From contig CAYGLI010000003.1 of assembly GCA_964350795.1 (NCBI GenBank), positions 272 to 64,271 on the forward strand: a stretch of 64,000 nt of DNA. Direction: 5' to 3'. The translations under genes were made by a program, and so were the position numbers. The stretch comes from an uncultured Micavibrio sp. (GTDB lineage Bacteria; Pseudomonadota; Alphaproteobacteria; Micavibrionales; UBA1664). Under the pieces are notes generated by a model. The model was not told the origin of the DNA, searched no databases, and saw only the letters and a list, made by a program, of their open reading frames with translations. Shown piece by piece: positions 48,971 through 59,387 of this stretch. Every line of letters begins with the position of its first letter. The stretch's first letter is position 1.

Positions 48971-49474
48971 ATGGATAAATTAAAATCAGCCATTGTCGGG
49001 GCTTTGATGATTGGAACGGCATCAAATGCATTTGCAGACACTGTAAATCCAGACAATCCGTATGCTTATATTCCAGAGGAATTAGCAGAATTGCTAAATC
49101 AACTTCCCCCAGAAATCGCGATGGAAACCTATAACCACCTAACCGAATACACGCAATGTATCGAAAAAGGTGGTGCGGTTGACGCCGGTTCAACCGCAAT
49201 GAATATGATGAACATTATGGTAGAATATAGCTTAAATCAACTTAATGATTTTGTTAACTCTCCTGATGAATTCGAAACTATACCCATGCCATCTTATGAA
49301 GGAGCGGTGGTTTGTGCAAGCCAATATGAGGCATGGGGATTGTTAAATGGTGGCCGATTGGCCAACGCATTTTGTGATGAAACAGGACAAAGAATTTTAA
49401 ATTTCAGCCGTCCACTTGATGCGGATATCGGACTTCCCGCAAGACAAGCAGCACCGACTTGTAATGCATTATAG
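48971..49474 (+). CDS. hypothetical secreted protein (167 aa)
   Basis: Signal peptide (...GTASNAFA/D), four Cys, SD-like AAGGAAA upstream. Confidence 0.5.
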   Translation: MDKLKSAIVGALMIGTASNAFADTVNPDNPYAYIPEELAELLNQLPPEIAMETYNHLTEYTQCIEKGGAVDAGSTAMNMMNIMVEYSLNQLNDFVNSPDEFETIPMPSYEGAVVCASQYEAWGLLNGGRLANAFCDETGQRILNFSRPLDADIGLPARQAAPTCNAL

Positions 49475-49481
49475 ATTTTTA

Positions 49482-49510
49482 TTGACATAGATTTAATTTT
49501 ATGTTTTAAT
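49482..49510 (+). promoter_or_regulatory. sigma70-type promoter TTGACA-17-TTTAAT (copy 2)
   Basis: ATTGACATAGATTTAATTTTATGTTTTAAT, followed by GAGGAG SD and ATG 49545. Confidence 0.55.
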
Positions 49511-49544
49511 AAGTTTAACGAATTTATTTTGAGGAGAAAATGAA

Positions 49545-50006
49545 ATGAAAAAATTATTAACAGCTACTGCCTTAGTAACTGCAGGCATGACGTCAAGCGC
49601 ATTTGCGGAAACTTGCTACCCAACAGCTGATATTCAATTTACAAATGATGAGGGTGTTAACACCACTGTTTATGCAATTGTAGATGAGCCAATCAATTTT
49701 GAAAGAGAAAGATCAACTGGGATATATATTCATCCAGAAGATGCCAAAAATAACGCAATAGCCAAAACAGGAAGAAATTTATCTATTAACGCTATGGTAG
49801 CCGTTGTAGTAAATGATAGATTGAGAGATCAGTTTGGTAGTGAAGCGGGTCCTGGTTTAACATCACACCTTGTTGCGCCAGCTACACTGTGCGTTTCTGA
49901 AGATGTAGTGAAAGGCCTTGAAAAAGACGCAAGTCCTGTTCATGATACTGGCATTAAATATCAAGGCGATGAATCAAAAGTTAGTGTTTGGGCTTTGAAA
50001 AAATAA
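49545..50006 (+). CDS. hypothetical secreted protein (153 aa)
   Basis: Signal peptide (...GMTSSAFA/E) and a strong SD (GAGGAG). Confidence 0.5.
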   Translation: MKKLLTATALVTAGMTSSAFAETCYPTADIQFTNDEGVNTTVYAIVDEPINFERERSTGIYIHPEDAKNNAIAKTGRNLSINAMVAVVVNDRLRDQFGSEAGPGLTSHLVAPATLCVSEDVVKGLEKDASPVHDTGIKYQGDESKVSVWALKK

Positions 50007-50027
50007 CTTAACTAATAACGTTTCTTA

Positions 50028-52706
50028 CTAACCCTTCGCCATATCACGCAACACGTAATGCAAAATTCCACCGGCGTGGTAATAATCCACCTCGTCGGCG
50101 GTATCCAGACGCGCCAATAATGTGACATCCTTGGTTGTGCCGTCCGCGTAAGTGATTGTCATGGCGACATCTTGTCCCGCGGTTAAACCGCCTGACACAC
50201 CCGTGATATCAAATGTTTCATTTCCTGTGATATTTAGGCTGTCACGACTATCTCCGCCTTTGAACTGCAATGGCAAAACACCCATACCAATCAGGTTAGA
50301 TCGGTGAATACGTTCAAAGCTTTCGGCAACAACGGCCTTTACACCCAACAGGCGTGTTCCCTTTGCCGCCCAATCACGGCTTGACCCTGTTCCATATTCT
50401 TTGGCCGCAATCACAACCAATGGCGTATTGTCGTTTTGATATTTCATCGCCGCATCGTAAATCGGCATTTGTTCACCCGTTGGCAAGTATTTGGTATAAC
50501 CACCCTCTACATTATCCAACATCATATTTTTAATACGGATATTGGCGAATGTCCCGCGTGTCATGACCTTGTCATTCCCACGGCGTGATCCGTAAGAATT
50601 AAATTCACGCGCAGGAACCTGATGTGACATCAAATACGCACCCGCAGGTGAATCTTGTTTAATCGATCCCGCAGGTGAAATATGGTCTGTCGTTGTGGAG
50701 TCCCCTAAAATCACCAACGCCTTTGCGCCTTTCACGTCACCACCATGCGTTCCATCCAATGTCATGCCATCAAAAAATGGCGGGTTTTGAATGTATGTTG
50801 ATGCATCAGACCAAGCATATGTTTGCCCCGTCACGGTTTTGACGTCTTGCCATTCTTTTGGCCCTTTGAACACATCGGCATAACGTGTTTTAAACATATC
50901 GGGTGTCAGTGCGTTTTCAACTTCCTTGCGAATTTCTTCGTTGCTTGGCCAGATATCTTTTAGATAGACATCGTTGCCGTCTTTATCCTTGCCCAAGCTG
51001 TCTTTGTAAACATCAATTTTCATTGATCCCGCCAGCGCATAAGCCACAACCAATGGTGGAGAAGCCAAATAATTCGCCTTGATATCAGGGTTGATACGTC
51101 CTTCGAAATTACGATTTCCTGACAATACGGATGTCACGGTCAAATCACCATCCTTCACGGCCTTTGATATTGCCGCAGGCAATGGCCCTGAATTCCCGAT
51201 ACATGTTGTACAACCATACCCGACAAGGTTAAAGCCCAGCGCGTCCAAATCGTCCTGCAATCCTGCACGGTTCAAATAATCTGTTACAACCTGTGACCCT
51301 GGTGCCAGAGATGTTTTCACCCATGGTTTCACCTTCATGCCCAATTTATGGGCATTACGCGCCACCAACCCTGATGCAATCATCACGGATGGGTTGGATG
51401 TGTTTGTACATGATGTAATCGCCGCAATCACAACATCACCATCAGTAATTGTATGGTCCTTGCCCTCAACGGCGATATCCTTGCCACCAGCACCCAATGT
51501 TTTTAGGTCTTCACTAAATTGCTTAGCCGCCTTTGATAATAAAATTTTATCCTGTGGGCGTTTTGGCCCTGCGATGGATGGCTCGACGCTACCCATATCC
51601 AATTCCATTGTATCGGTAAAGACTGGGTCAGGGGAATTGGCATCGTGCCACATGCCCTGTGCCTTGCAATATTCACGGACTAGCTCAACACGGTCGGCAT
51701 CGCGGCCTGTAAATTCCAAATAACGGCATGTTTCTTCGTCAACAGGGAAGAACCCACATGTTGCACCATATTCAGGCGCCATATTGGAAATTGTCGCACG
51801 GTCGGCAAGGGACATGTTTTGCAATCCATCACCGTAAAATTCAACGAATTTTCCAACCACGCCCTTTGCACGGAGCATTTGCGTCACGGTTAAAACGAGG
51901 TCTGTCGCCGTTGCACCTTCCTTTAATTTTCCTTTTAATTTAAATCCGATAACCTCGGGGATTAACATTGATACGGGTTGTCCCAACATCGCGGCCTCCG
52001 CCTCAATACCACCAACACCCCAACCAAGGACACCAAGCCCGTTAATCATTGTCGTGTGCGAATCTGTCCCTACTAATGTGTCAGGATAGGCAATATCCTT
52101 GCCGTCTTTATCTTTTGTTGTCCAAACGGTTTGACCCAAATACTCCAAGTTCACTTGGTGGCAAATCCCTGTTCCAGGTGGAACCACACGAAAATTATCG
52201 AATGCTTGTTGTCCCCATTTTAGGAATTCATAACGTTCGGCATTACGCTCAAACTCGCGCTCAACATTTTCTTGGAATGCCTGAACCGTTCCAAATTCGT
52301 CTACCATCACCGAATGGTCAATGACCAAATCAACAGCCGATAGCGGATTAATTTTTTTGGCACCACCGCCCAATTTCACAATCGCCTCGCGCATTGCCGC
52401 CAAATCCACAACGGCGGGAACACCCGTAAAGTCCTGTAACAGCACACGTGCAGGGCGATAGGCAATTTCCTGTGTTGATTTTTGTGTGTCCAACCACCCC
52501 TTGAATGCCTCGATATCAGGCACAGACACAGATCGTCCATCTTCGTTACGGAGCAAGTTCTCTAATAAAACTTTGAGTGAGAAAGGAAGGCGTGAAAGAT
52601 CGCCTAATTTTTCTTCCACAGCTTTTATCGAGAAATAATCATACGACTTTCCCCCAACCGAGAGCGATTTGCGTGTTTGTAGTGTATCGTGACCTGTGCG
52701 TGACAT
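50028..52706 (-). CDS. acnA: aconitate hydratase A
   Basis: 892 aa. Fe-S ligand regions ([20 protein letters not shown]) and the swivel domain are typical of AcnA/IRP-type aconitases. Confidence 0.95.
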   Translation of the reverse strand: MSRTGHDTLQTRKSLSVGGKSYDYFSIKAVEEKLGDLSRLPFSLKVLLENLLRNEDGRSVSVPDIEAFKGWLDTQKSTQEIAYRPARVLLQDFTGVPAVVDLAAMREAIVKLGGGAKKINPLSAVDLVIDHSVMVDEFGTVQAFQENVEREFERNAERYEFLKWGQQAFDNFRVVPPGTGICHQVNLEYLGQTVWTTKDKDGKDIAYPDTLVGTDSHTTMINGLGVLGWGVGGIEAEAAMLGQPVSMLIPEVIGFKLKGKLKEGATATDLVLTVTQMLRAKGVVGKFVEFYGDGLQNMSLADRATISNMAPEYGATCGFFPVDEETCRYLEFTGRDADRVELVREYCKAQGMWHDANSPDPVFTDTMELDMGSVEPSIAGPKRPQDKILLSKAAKQFSEDLKTLGAGGKDIAVEGKDHTITDGDVVIAAITSCTNTSNPSVMIASGLVARNAHKLGMKVKPWVKTSLAPGSQVVTDYLNRAGLQDDLDALGFNLVGYGCTTCIGNSGPLPAAISKAVKDGDLTVTSVLSGNRNFEGRINPDIKANYLASPPLVVAYALAGSMKIDVYKDSLGKDKDGNDVYLKDIWPSNEEIRKEVENALTPDMFKTRYADVFKGPKEWQDVKTVTGQTYAWSDASTYIQNPPFFDGMTLDGTHGGDVKGAKALVILGDSTTTDHISPAGSIKQDSPAGAYLMSHQVPAREFNSYGSRRGNDKVMTRGTFANIRIKNMMLDNVEGGYTKYLPTGEQMPIYDAAMKYQNDNTPLVVIAAKEYGTGSSRDWAAKGTRLLGVKAVVAESFERIHRSNLIGMGVLPLQFKGGDSRDSLNITGNETFDITGVSGGLTAGQDVAMTITYADGTTKDVTLLARLDTADEVDYYHAGGILHYVLRDMAKG

Positions 52707-52828
52707 ATGAAAAACCCCTTGATTTTGCAGTTAAAAAGTTGCTATGAATAGATTGTATCAGAAATAATCTGACATGAAATGAATAATAAACGGTTAACAA
52801 AAATCGTGATTATTGAGGGAGAGATAAA

Positions 52829-53623
52829 GTGCAAGAAACCATAAGCAATCCTATTGAAGATATTAACACAAAAGACTTTATTTGGGTTGTTCGTGCGATA
52901 TACGAAGGATATGATGAAAACGACGAACATGCAGAATTAGTTCAAGAGCTACATGGTGCTTTTATTAATCAAGTTCGAGGCAATTACGGCGCTTATCTAG
53001 AACAAGCACTGCTTGCATACGATAATCCGGAAGAAGTAGACACCTCAGACATATCAACAGATTTTTTTAGTGAAATGTTACGTGATTTTTCACATGCAAG
53101 AATGATATCTCTTGCAAAATTATATGCTTGCCTTGTTCAAATCGAAGATCATTATGAGTTAGCCGACGAAAATGGAGTTAAACCTTCTCAACTTCTGAAA
53201 AAAGAACTTGATAGCTGCCTGAAAGGAACAAGAGAACAACTCATCTCTAATTGTACAACAAAAGAAAGATTCTCTCACGTTAGTGGAACTATAGACGGGA
53301 TTCCAACATGGGCCGTTATCAAGGATGTTAAGTATATTATTGAAAAACCAGAATCGATTGGTAACCCAATGGTCTCCCCCCTCTTTTTTATTCCAGAATT
53401 TTTTAAAGACGCGATAACACTTATTAAACATGAAATTGCCTTTTGTACCGCCGCCACGGATATTTTTGGATTATCCGACGAATTAAAAAGTGAACTTTTT
53501 GAAAATTCCGATTACCACAACGACCTATTAGAGGATATAGATTTAGCGTTTGAAAAATTTAATCAAGATCCAAAAGTTCAAAGATATTCACCTAAAAAAC
53601 CTGTTGGTATGGTTATTCACTAA
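52829..53623 (+). CDS. hypothetical acidic protein (264 aa)
   Basis: GTG start after GAGGGAGAG. No recognised motif. AT-rich. Confidence 0.4.
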   Translation: MQETISNPIEDINTKDFIWVVRAIYEGYDENDEHAELVQELHGAFINQVRGNYGAYLEQALLAYDNPEEVDTSDISTDFFSEMLRDFSHARMISLAKLYACLVQIEDHYELADENGVKPSQLLKKELDSCLKGTREQLISNCTTKERFSHVSGTIDGIPTWAVIKDVKYIIEKPESIGNPMVSPLFFIPEFFKDAITLIKHEIAFCTAATDIFGLSDELKSELFENSDYHNDLLEDIDLAFEKFNQDPKVQRYSPKKPVGMVIH

Positions 53624-54300
53624 CGACACAACGCCGCGACGCGTTCATATTCCTCTAATGTATCAACACCTTGTTGATTGGCGGATCGTTCGGCATAGAG
53701 TTTATCGCTTACGGCCTTTAGCTGTTTTTCCATGTAATCATTGATTTTTTGTTGATATTTGCGCGCATCCCTCTCTGGTTTTGGTCCAACAATGCCAACT
53801 TTACGCACGGCATTTTCCAAATCACGTTTAAAAATCGGGATGTATTTTTTAACAATTTCACGATCAACAAACACATGTTTCATTTCATGTTCCAAAATGG
53901 CTTTATGCTTACACGACCCCTGCCTATGATCCCGCGCGATATAGATTTTAGGGGAAATGCGCAACGATACCTGCATATTATCAATCCATTGGCATGTTTC
54001 ACGAGACCGCGGATAGGTGACCTTGGCAACCTGAATGCGGGATTGAATGGCAATCCCCCCCTTCATCAATCCACCGACATGCGTTTCAACATTGCGCCCA
54101 TATGGGTTTTCGGTATCAATTTCCATGCGGTTCATTTGTGATTGGGATTTGGTGAAATCATATTGGATATTATCGCTGTCCCATACAATATTAATTGCCC
54201 CCATTGGTTTGGGTTCACACGTCACCGCCGCATAAGACGGCGCGTGTATCAACATCGCGAGAATAAAAAAGAAAAATGAGAAACGAAACATACTTTGCAA
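53620..54300 (-). CDS. putative secreted zinc metallopeptidase (HExxH; DUF922/COG5661-like)
   Basis: Signal peptide (FFFFILAMLIHAPSYAA) and an HEMKH motif in ILEHEMKHVF. The size and layout resemble predicted secreted Zn proteases. Confidence 0.35.
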   Translation of the reverse strand: MQSMFRFSFFFFILAMLIHAPSYAAVTCEPKPMGAINIVWDSDNIQYDFTKSQSQMNRMEIDTENPYGRNVETHVGGLMKGGIAIQSRIQVAKVTYPRSRETCQWIDNMQVSLRISPKIYIARDHRQGSCKHKAILEHEMKHVFVDREIVKKYIPIFKRDLENAVRKVGIVGPKPERDARKYQQKINDYMEKQLKAVSDKLYAERSANQQGVDTLEEYERVAALCR

Positions 54301-54355
54301 TTTACCAATTCTTGTTTATTAAGGATAGCATAAGATTAATTAAAAGGACTTTAAC

Positions 54356-54649
54356 ATGGTTATATTAGGGCAACTTCTCATTTTCCTTATCGAAATTTAT
54401 ACATTTATTATTATCGCCAGCGTGATTGTGTCGTGGCTTATTGCGTTTAACGTCATATCCGCCGATCACCCCACAACGCGCAACCTATTGCGTTTGCTTG
54501 GTCGGGCGACAGACCCCGTCATGCGCCCCGTACAAAAATATGTTCCCTCCATTGGTGGGATTGATATATCGCCCATTATTGTGATTTTTGGGCTAATGAT
54601 ATTACAAAATATCGTCGCTCGTATTTTCTTTACGGGGATATATTTATAA
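54356..54649 (+). CDS. YggT family membrane protein
   Basis: 97 aa. The pattern IIIASVIVSWL ... DPVMRPVQKYVPSIGGIDISPII is typical of YggT. Confidence 0.75.
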   Translation: MVILGQLLIFLIEIYTFIIIASVIVSWLIAFNVISADHPTTRNLLRLLGRATDPVMRPVQKYVPSIGGIDISPIIVIFGLMILQNIVARIFFTGIYL

Positions 54650-55501
54650 ATGACCGCACGGGTAATTGACGGCAAGGCGATAGCCTCTCAAATGAATGAA
54701 GAAACACGCTACATTCTGGCTGATCAGGATATAAAACCACGATTGGCGATTATTTTGGCGAATAATAACGACGCTTCGCGTATCTACATCGCGCGTAAAA
54801 TTGACATTGGTCAATATGTAGGGATTGACCCTATTTTGATTGAATGCCCTAAACATTGGACAACTCAAAATATTATTACAAAGATTGAGGAGTTGAATAA
54901 TGATCCAGAAATTCATGGTATTTTTATACAGCTTCCGACTTTTGCTCACCTTAATCACAATGATATTATCAACGCCATTGATCCGCGTAAGGATGTCGAT
55001 GGCCTAACTATTACCAATATGGGAAAATTATTATCTAGTGATGATAGTGGACTTGTGCCTTGCACTCCCCAAGGTGTCATGGATATGTTTCGTCATGAAA
55101 AAATTGAATTATCAGGTAGGCGCGCCGTAATTATTGGACGATCCCTCTTATTCGGAAAACCAATGGGGCAATTATTATTAAACGCCGATTGCACGGTCAC
55201 TCAATGTCATTCCAAAACGGTTGATTTACCATCCATCACCCGCCAAGCCGACATCCTCATCGCCGCGGTTGGCCAACCCAATATGGTTAAGGCCGATTGG
55301 GTTAAAGATGGCGCGATTGTTATTGACGTTGGAATTAATCGCATGGATGACGGCACATTATCAGGTGATGTTGATTTTGACGCAGTATCCAAAATCGCCA
55401 ACGCAATAACCCCTGTCCCCGGCGGTGTAGGGCCAATGACGGTTGCGTGTTTGTTAGGGAATACGGTAAGGGCGTGTCAGAATATTCGCCAAAGCGATTA
55501 G
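54650..55501 (+). CDS. folD: bifunctional methylenetetrahydrofolate dehydrogenase/cyclohydrolase
   Basis: 283 aa. VIDGKAIA, DVDGL, CTPQGV, VIIGRSLLFGKPM, ITPVPGGVGPMTVA. Confidence 0.93.
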   Translation: MTARVIDGKAIASQMNEETRYILADQDIKPRLAIILANNNDASRIYIARKIDIGQYVGIDPILIECPKHWTTQNIITKIEELNNDPEIHGIFIQLPTFAHLNHNDIINAIDPRKDVDGLTITNMGKLLSSDDSGLVPCTPQGVMDMFRHEKIELSGRRAVIIGRSLLFGKPMGQLLLNADCTVTQCHSKTVDLPSITRQADILIAAVGQPNMVKADWVKDGAIVIDVGINRMDDGTLSGDVDFDAVSKIANAITPVPGGVGPMTVACLLGNTVRACQNIRQSD

Positions 55502-55505
55502 AGTT

Positions 55506-56180
55506 CTATTTTAGATTTTGAATAAAAAATCTGAAAACTTCTCTCTGTGCTCGGCTGAATAATAAATATTCAGGGTGCCATTGAACACCATAAATTTTAT
55601 CTTTTTTGTTTTCAATGGCTTGGACAATATCATGGTCATCTCTGGCGACCACACTCAACCCTTCTCCCAAGTCTTTTATGGATTGGTGATGGATGCTATT
55701 TACACGCAAAATTTCATCTTCTTTTTGTGTGTTTAAAAATGATTGTCCTTTGGCGTGTATTGTTTTTCGATAAAACGCCTTTGCCCAAAAGGATTGTGGT
55801 AGATAAAGCTGGTCAAAAACTTTTTTTAAATCCGTGAATAATGTTCCGCCACAATGAATATTCATCAACTGCATGCCACGGCAAATTCCTAAAACTGGTT
55901 TTTTCTTGCTCAAGGCCATATCCAGCATTGCAAATTCAAAATTATCCCGCGAAACATCATACTCGACAAGATGATCCAATGGTTCGCCATAACGGGATGG
56001 CTCAATATCAGACCCACCGCTTAGGATCAGCGCATCAAAATCCCCATCATATTGGCCATCTTGCGGTGTCAAAATAACAATATTTGCGCCTACCATCCAT
56101 AAGGACAGGCGAAAAAACAGACGCGTCACATCCATCTTTCTGTAAGGGCGCGTTACTATAATAATTGGTTTACTTTTCAC
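55506..56180 (-). CDS. class I glutamine amidotransferase-like / peptidase C26 gamma-glutamyl hydrolase family protein
   Basis: 224 aa. Nucleophile elbow GICRGMQLMN and GVQWHPE, as in the PuuD-type family. Confidence 0.8.
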   Translation of the reverse strand: MKSKPIIIVTRPYRKMDVTRLFFRLSLWMVGANIVILTPQDGQYDGDFDALILSGGSDIEPSRYGEPLDHLVEYDVSRDNFEFAMLDMALSKKKPVLGICRGMQLMNIHCGGTLFTDLKKVFDQLYLPQSFWAKAFYRKTIHAKGQSFLNTQKEDEILRVNSIHHQSIKDLGEGLSVVARDDHDIVQAIENKKDKIYGVQWHPEYLLFSRAQREVFRFFIQNLK

Positions 56181-57108
56181 CGTAACCCCATTGGTTTTCT
56201 AATATATTCAACCAATCTGACCCAAAAGGGTCAGAGAATGATTTAATATTTTGGTGATACATATCGGCCATGTTTTCTAATTTTTTAGTGTCTTTTGATA
56301 ATATTTCAACCTCAAGCCACCAATCATACTCCTGTGAGAAACTCCACCCGTTTTGACCCAATTTACAATCGGGCAATCGATAGTGAAATGTTGGTCGCGC
56401 TTTAACCAAATCTTGTTTTTCCTTGCTCAAACATTCCTCATGCAAATACGCCCATAACGGATATATATCCAACGCATAATTTCTATCAGGGATATATTTT
56501 TTATAAAACTCAATCAGATTTACCAATGCGTCGAATTTTTGTTCTATCAAACCAATACCAAATTTATGGGGATATAGTTTGTTATACCCACTTATAATTC
56601 TTGAAAAATCTTGTCTTGTTTTTTCAGCCAACCACACTTGTAGTAAGAAAAACGAAAGCAACATATTTTGAAAATATGACACATCGGTTTCTTGTGTTGA
56701 AACATTCAAATGCACGCCAAACGCAAAAATTGGATTATCCTGTGTTCCTTTTGCCCCTGCCTGATATAAAGTTGGAATAACGGAATCAAGTTTGTTTAAT
56801 TTTTCAATATTGATGGGTGGAAAGACAATTTCAACAGGGACAGAGGCAAGCCTCAATAATTCACTACTAGACTGTTCCAGTGATTGTAACAATTTATTGT
56901 CTTTGTTTTTATTCGTGTATTCCGCAATTTGATGCGCCAATCGTGCGTCCAATTCAACCTTGATATCGCCAAGCTCGCTGTTTTCAACCACAGCCTCACT
57001 ATGATTTATTTTTTGAATATCACCGTGAAAAAGGCCAACCAATAAATCGGCTGTCCCTAAAACATCAATCCCATAGAATTCAATTTCAACACCAATCTGA
57101 CGGGACAT
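56170..57108 (-). CDS. putative amidoligase (Amidoligase_2 / glutamine-synthetase-like fold)
   Basis: 312 aa. N-terminal GVEIEFYG, PVEIVFPPI..., and FGVHLNVS fit the remembered Amidoligase_2 pattern (GxExE ... E.v.P ... G.HvHv). Overlaps the C26 gene by 11 nt. Confidence 0.5.
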   Translation of the reverse strand: MSRQIGVEIEFYGIDVLGTADLLVGLFHGDIQKINHSEAVVENSELGDIKVELDARLAHQIAEYTNKNKDNKLLQSLEQSSSELLRLASVPVEIVFPPINIEKLNKLDSVIPTLYQAGAKGTQDNPIFAFGVHLNVSTQETDVSYFQNMLLSFFLLQVWLAEKTRQDFSRIISGYNKLYPHKFGIGLIEQKFDALVNLIEFYKKYIPDRNYALDIYPLWAYLHEECLSKEKQDLVKARPTFHYRLPDCKLGQNGWSFSQEYDWWLEVEILSKDTKKLENMADMYHQNIKSFSDPFGSDWLNILENQWGYGEK

Positions 57109-57127
57109 AGGCTTTCCTTACGCTTAA

Positions 57128-58591
57128 TCACTCACCTTGTGCCTTCGTAAATCCAGGTTTACCATTTTCAAATTCATATAATTTTTCGACCTTCACAAAT
57201 GGAAGTTCGGATGCATAAAGATTATCCAACAATTTGGTAACCTGTGCATTCATCACATCGCCCGTGCCGTTTGATTTAAAACGGAGCGTCCATAGGGGTG
57301 AGCAGAATGTTTCACCCTGCCCATCAGGCCAAACCTTTGTTCCACGGTTGGATATGATGGATAAATCCAACCCTTCAACCAACGCCTGACGTGCCATGGA
57401 TGCCAATTCATCCGACCCATCCGCGCGATCTGCGCCACGCCATTCGACATACACATCAACGCCAATTAATTTTTTGCCAACAACATCGCGTTTTTTGAGT
57501 GGCGGCAATTTCAGGCCACCCCCTTCGGATGGATAGCTGACCGCTGCCATGGTTTTTGGCTTTTGACCCATACGCTCAATCACGGCCTTGCAGAAATCTT
57601 CTGTTCCAACGCGTTGTTTGCTCACGCCTTCCTTATATATATCGCCTGTGTGGATGCCGTCTTCGATGGTTTTTAACCATGCGTTATGCACCTTTTCCGC
57701 GACATCGCCCTGCCCGATATGGGTTAGCATCATGATGGAGCCAAGCAATAACCCTGAGGGATTTGCAATGCCCTTGCCCGCGATATCAGGTGCGGTACCG
57801 TGCATCGCCTCGAACATCGCGCAGGTTTCGCCAATATTTGCGGAAATTCCAAGGCCGACAGATCCCGTCACCTCGGCGGCAATATCGGACACAATATCCC
57901 CATATAAATTTTCAGTCACAATCACATCGAATTCCAATGGATTGGACGCAACACGCGCCATACCAATATCAACGATATAGCGTTCTTGTTTGATATCTGG
58001 ATAATCTGCGCCAATTTCTTGGAAAACCTCATAGAATAAGCCATCAGCCATTTTCATGATGTTGTCTTTCACCATACATGTCACTTTTTTACGACCATTG
58101 GCGCGGGCATATTCAAACGCATAACGGCAAATGCGTTCCGACCCTGCGCGGGTGATCATTTTGATGGATTGCACCGCACCGTCAACTTGGGAATATTCAA
58201 TCCCTGCGTATAAATCTTCTTCGTTTTCACGCACGACAACCAAATCCATCCCTGGAAAATTCGTTTCAATGAATGGATGAAACGCAACACATGGGCGCAC
58301 ATTCGCATATAAACCCAATGTTTTACGCACCGTCACGTTTAATGATTTAAATCCGCCGCCCATCGGGGTGAATATTGGTGCCTTGAGGAACACCTTTGTC
58401 TCGCGAACCTTCTCCCAGCTCACCTCCGAAAAGCCGTACATAATACCTTGGGAATAGAGCTTCTCACCAATTTCGATTTCATGAATATCAAGACGCGCCC
58501 CTGCGGATTCTAAAATCCTAAGCGTGGCATCCATAATTTCAGGGCCAATACCGTCCCCGCGTGCAACCGTGATTGGTGTGTTTTGTGTCAT
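57128..58591 (-). CDS. icd: isocitrate dehydrogenase (long, Rickettsia-type, about 480 aa)
   Basis: 487 aa. ITVARGDGIGPEIMDATLRIL and NLYGDIVSDIAAEVTGSVGLG (isocitrate/isopropylmalate DH family), plus a C-terminal extension of about 130 aa. Confidence 0.85.
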   Translation of the reverse strand: MTQNTPITVARGDGIGPEIMDATLRILESAGARLDIHEIEIGEKLYSQGIMYGFSEVSWEKVRETKVFLKAPIFTPMGGGFKSLNVTVRKTLGLYANVRPCVAFHPFIETNFPGMDLVVVRENEEDLYAGIEYSQVDGAVQSIKMITRAGSERICRYAFEYARANGRKKVTCMVKDNIMKMADGLFYEVFQEIGADYPDIKQERYIVDIGMARVASNPLEFDVIVTENLYGDIVSDIAAEVTGSVGLGISANIGETCAMFEAMHGTAPDIAGKGIANPSGLLLGSIMMLTHIGQGDVAEKVHNAWLKTIEDGIHTGDIYKEGVSKQRVGTEDFCKAVIERMGQKPKTMAAVSYPSEGGGLKLPPLKKRDVVGKKLIGVDVYVEWRGADRADGSDELASMARQALVEGLDLSIISNRGTKVWPDGQGETFCSPLWTLRFKSNGTGDVMNAQVTKLLDNLYASELPFVKVEKLYEFENGKPGFTKAQGE

Positions 58592-58662
58592 AGCTTATCT
58601 CCATTAAAGATTTTAATAAGAGAATTACAGAGGAATCTTATATGAAAGTAAAGAGAGATATC

Positions 58663-58983
58663 TTACGCAGCTTTAGTATAAAGATGACCCTTTTGAGAAC
58701 TCTCACGTGGTTTAGTGACACGAATCTCAACCTTACGATCAAGTTTTAAAAGAAATTGTACAAGTCTATCGATTGTAAAACCGTCAAGTTTACCCTTTTT
58801 TAATTTTGAAATATCAGGCTGTTTTGCGCCAATAACAATAGACGCCTCAGCCTGAGTTAAATTCCGACCTTGAATAATATCAAGAATTTTCAAAGCCAAG
58901 TCAGATTTAGCCTTAAAATCAAAAGGACTGTCGATTTTTAAATCTTGATAAATATTACCTGATGATTTAATAACTTTAGTCAT
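58663..58983 (-). CDS. XRE-family HTH antitoxin (HigA-like)
   Basis: 106 aa. NIYQDL...LTQAEASIVIGAKQPDISKLKKGKLDGFTIDRLVQFLLKL. The ATG overlaps the toxin stop (ATGA). Confidence 0.75.
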   Translation of the reverse strand: MTKVIKSSGNIYQDLKIDSPFDFKAKSDLALKILDIIQGRNLTQAEASIVIGAKQPDISKLKKGKLDGFTIDRLVQFLLKLDRKVEIRVTKPRESSQKGHLYTKAA

Positions 58984-59328
58984 TTTTTATCTCCTTTTTT
59001 CCTTTTATCTTCAGAAACCGCTTTTTTAAAATTTCTATCAATTATGTCTTTATCTTTTGCGGGAACTGATATCCCACTTTTCGACTTTTTATGGAAGCTA
59101 TGTAACACATAAATTCCAGTCTCTAATTTTGCTATATAGACAACTCTATAAGCCTCTTTATCATGAGATTCCTTTATTTCACAAATCCCATTTGATAATG
59201 GAGAAAAACCTTCTGGTATTTGCCCCTCTTGCACTCGATGAAGCTGAAATCCTAAAAGTTTTTTTCACTGGATCTGGGAAATCAATCAAGTTATCAATAG
59301 AATTTCCAATCCAAAATAATTCCTTCAT
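58980..59328 (-). pseudogene. RelE/ParE-superfamily toxin (Gp49/HigB-like), frameshifted in an A7 run
   Basis: The frame from ATG 59328 gives MKELFWIGNSIDNLIDFPDPVKK. After the A7 run (T7 at 59259-59265 on the plus strand), the remainder (GFQLHRVQEGQIPEGF...AYRVVYIAKLETGIYVLHSFHKKSKSG) is in another frame. Removing one A restores a 115-aa family-typical protein. Confidence 0.7.
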
Positions 59329-59387
59329 AATACAACTACTATAACATATTTAGATTACTAAAAAATAGTTAAAATATAGTAAATTTA

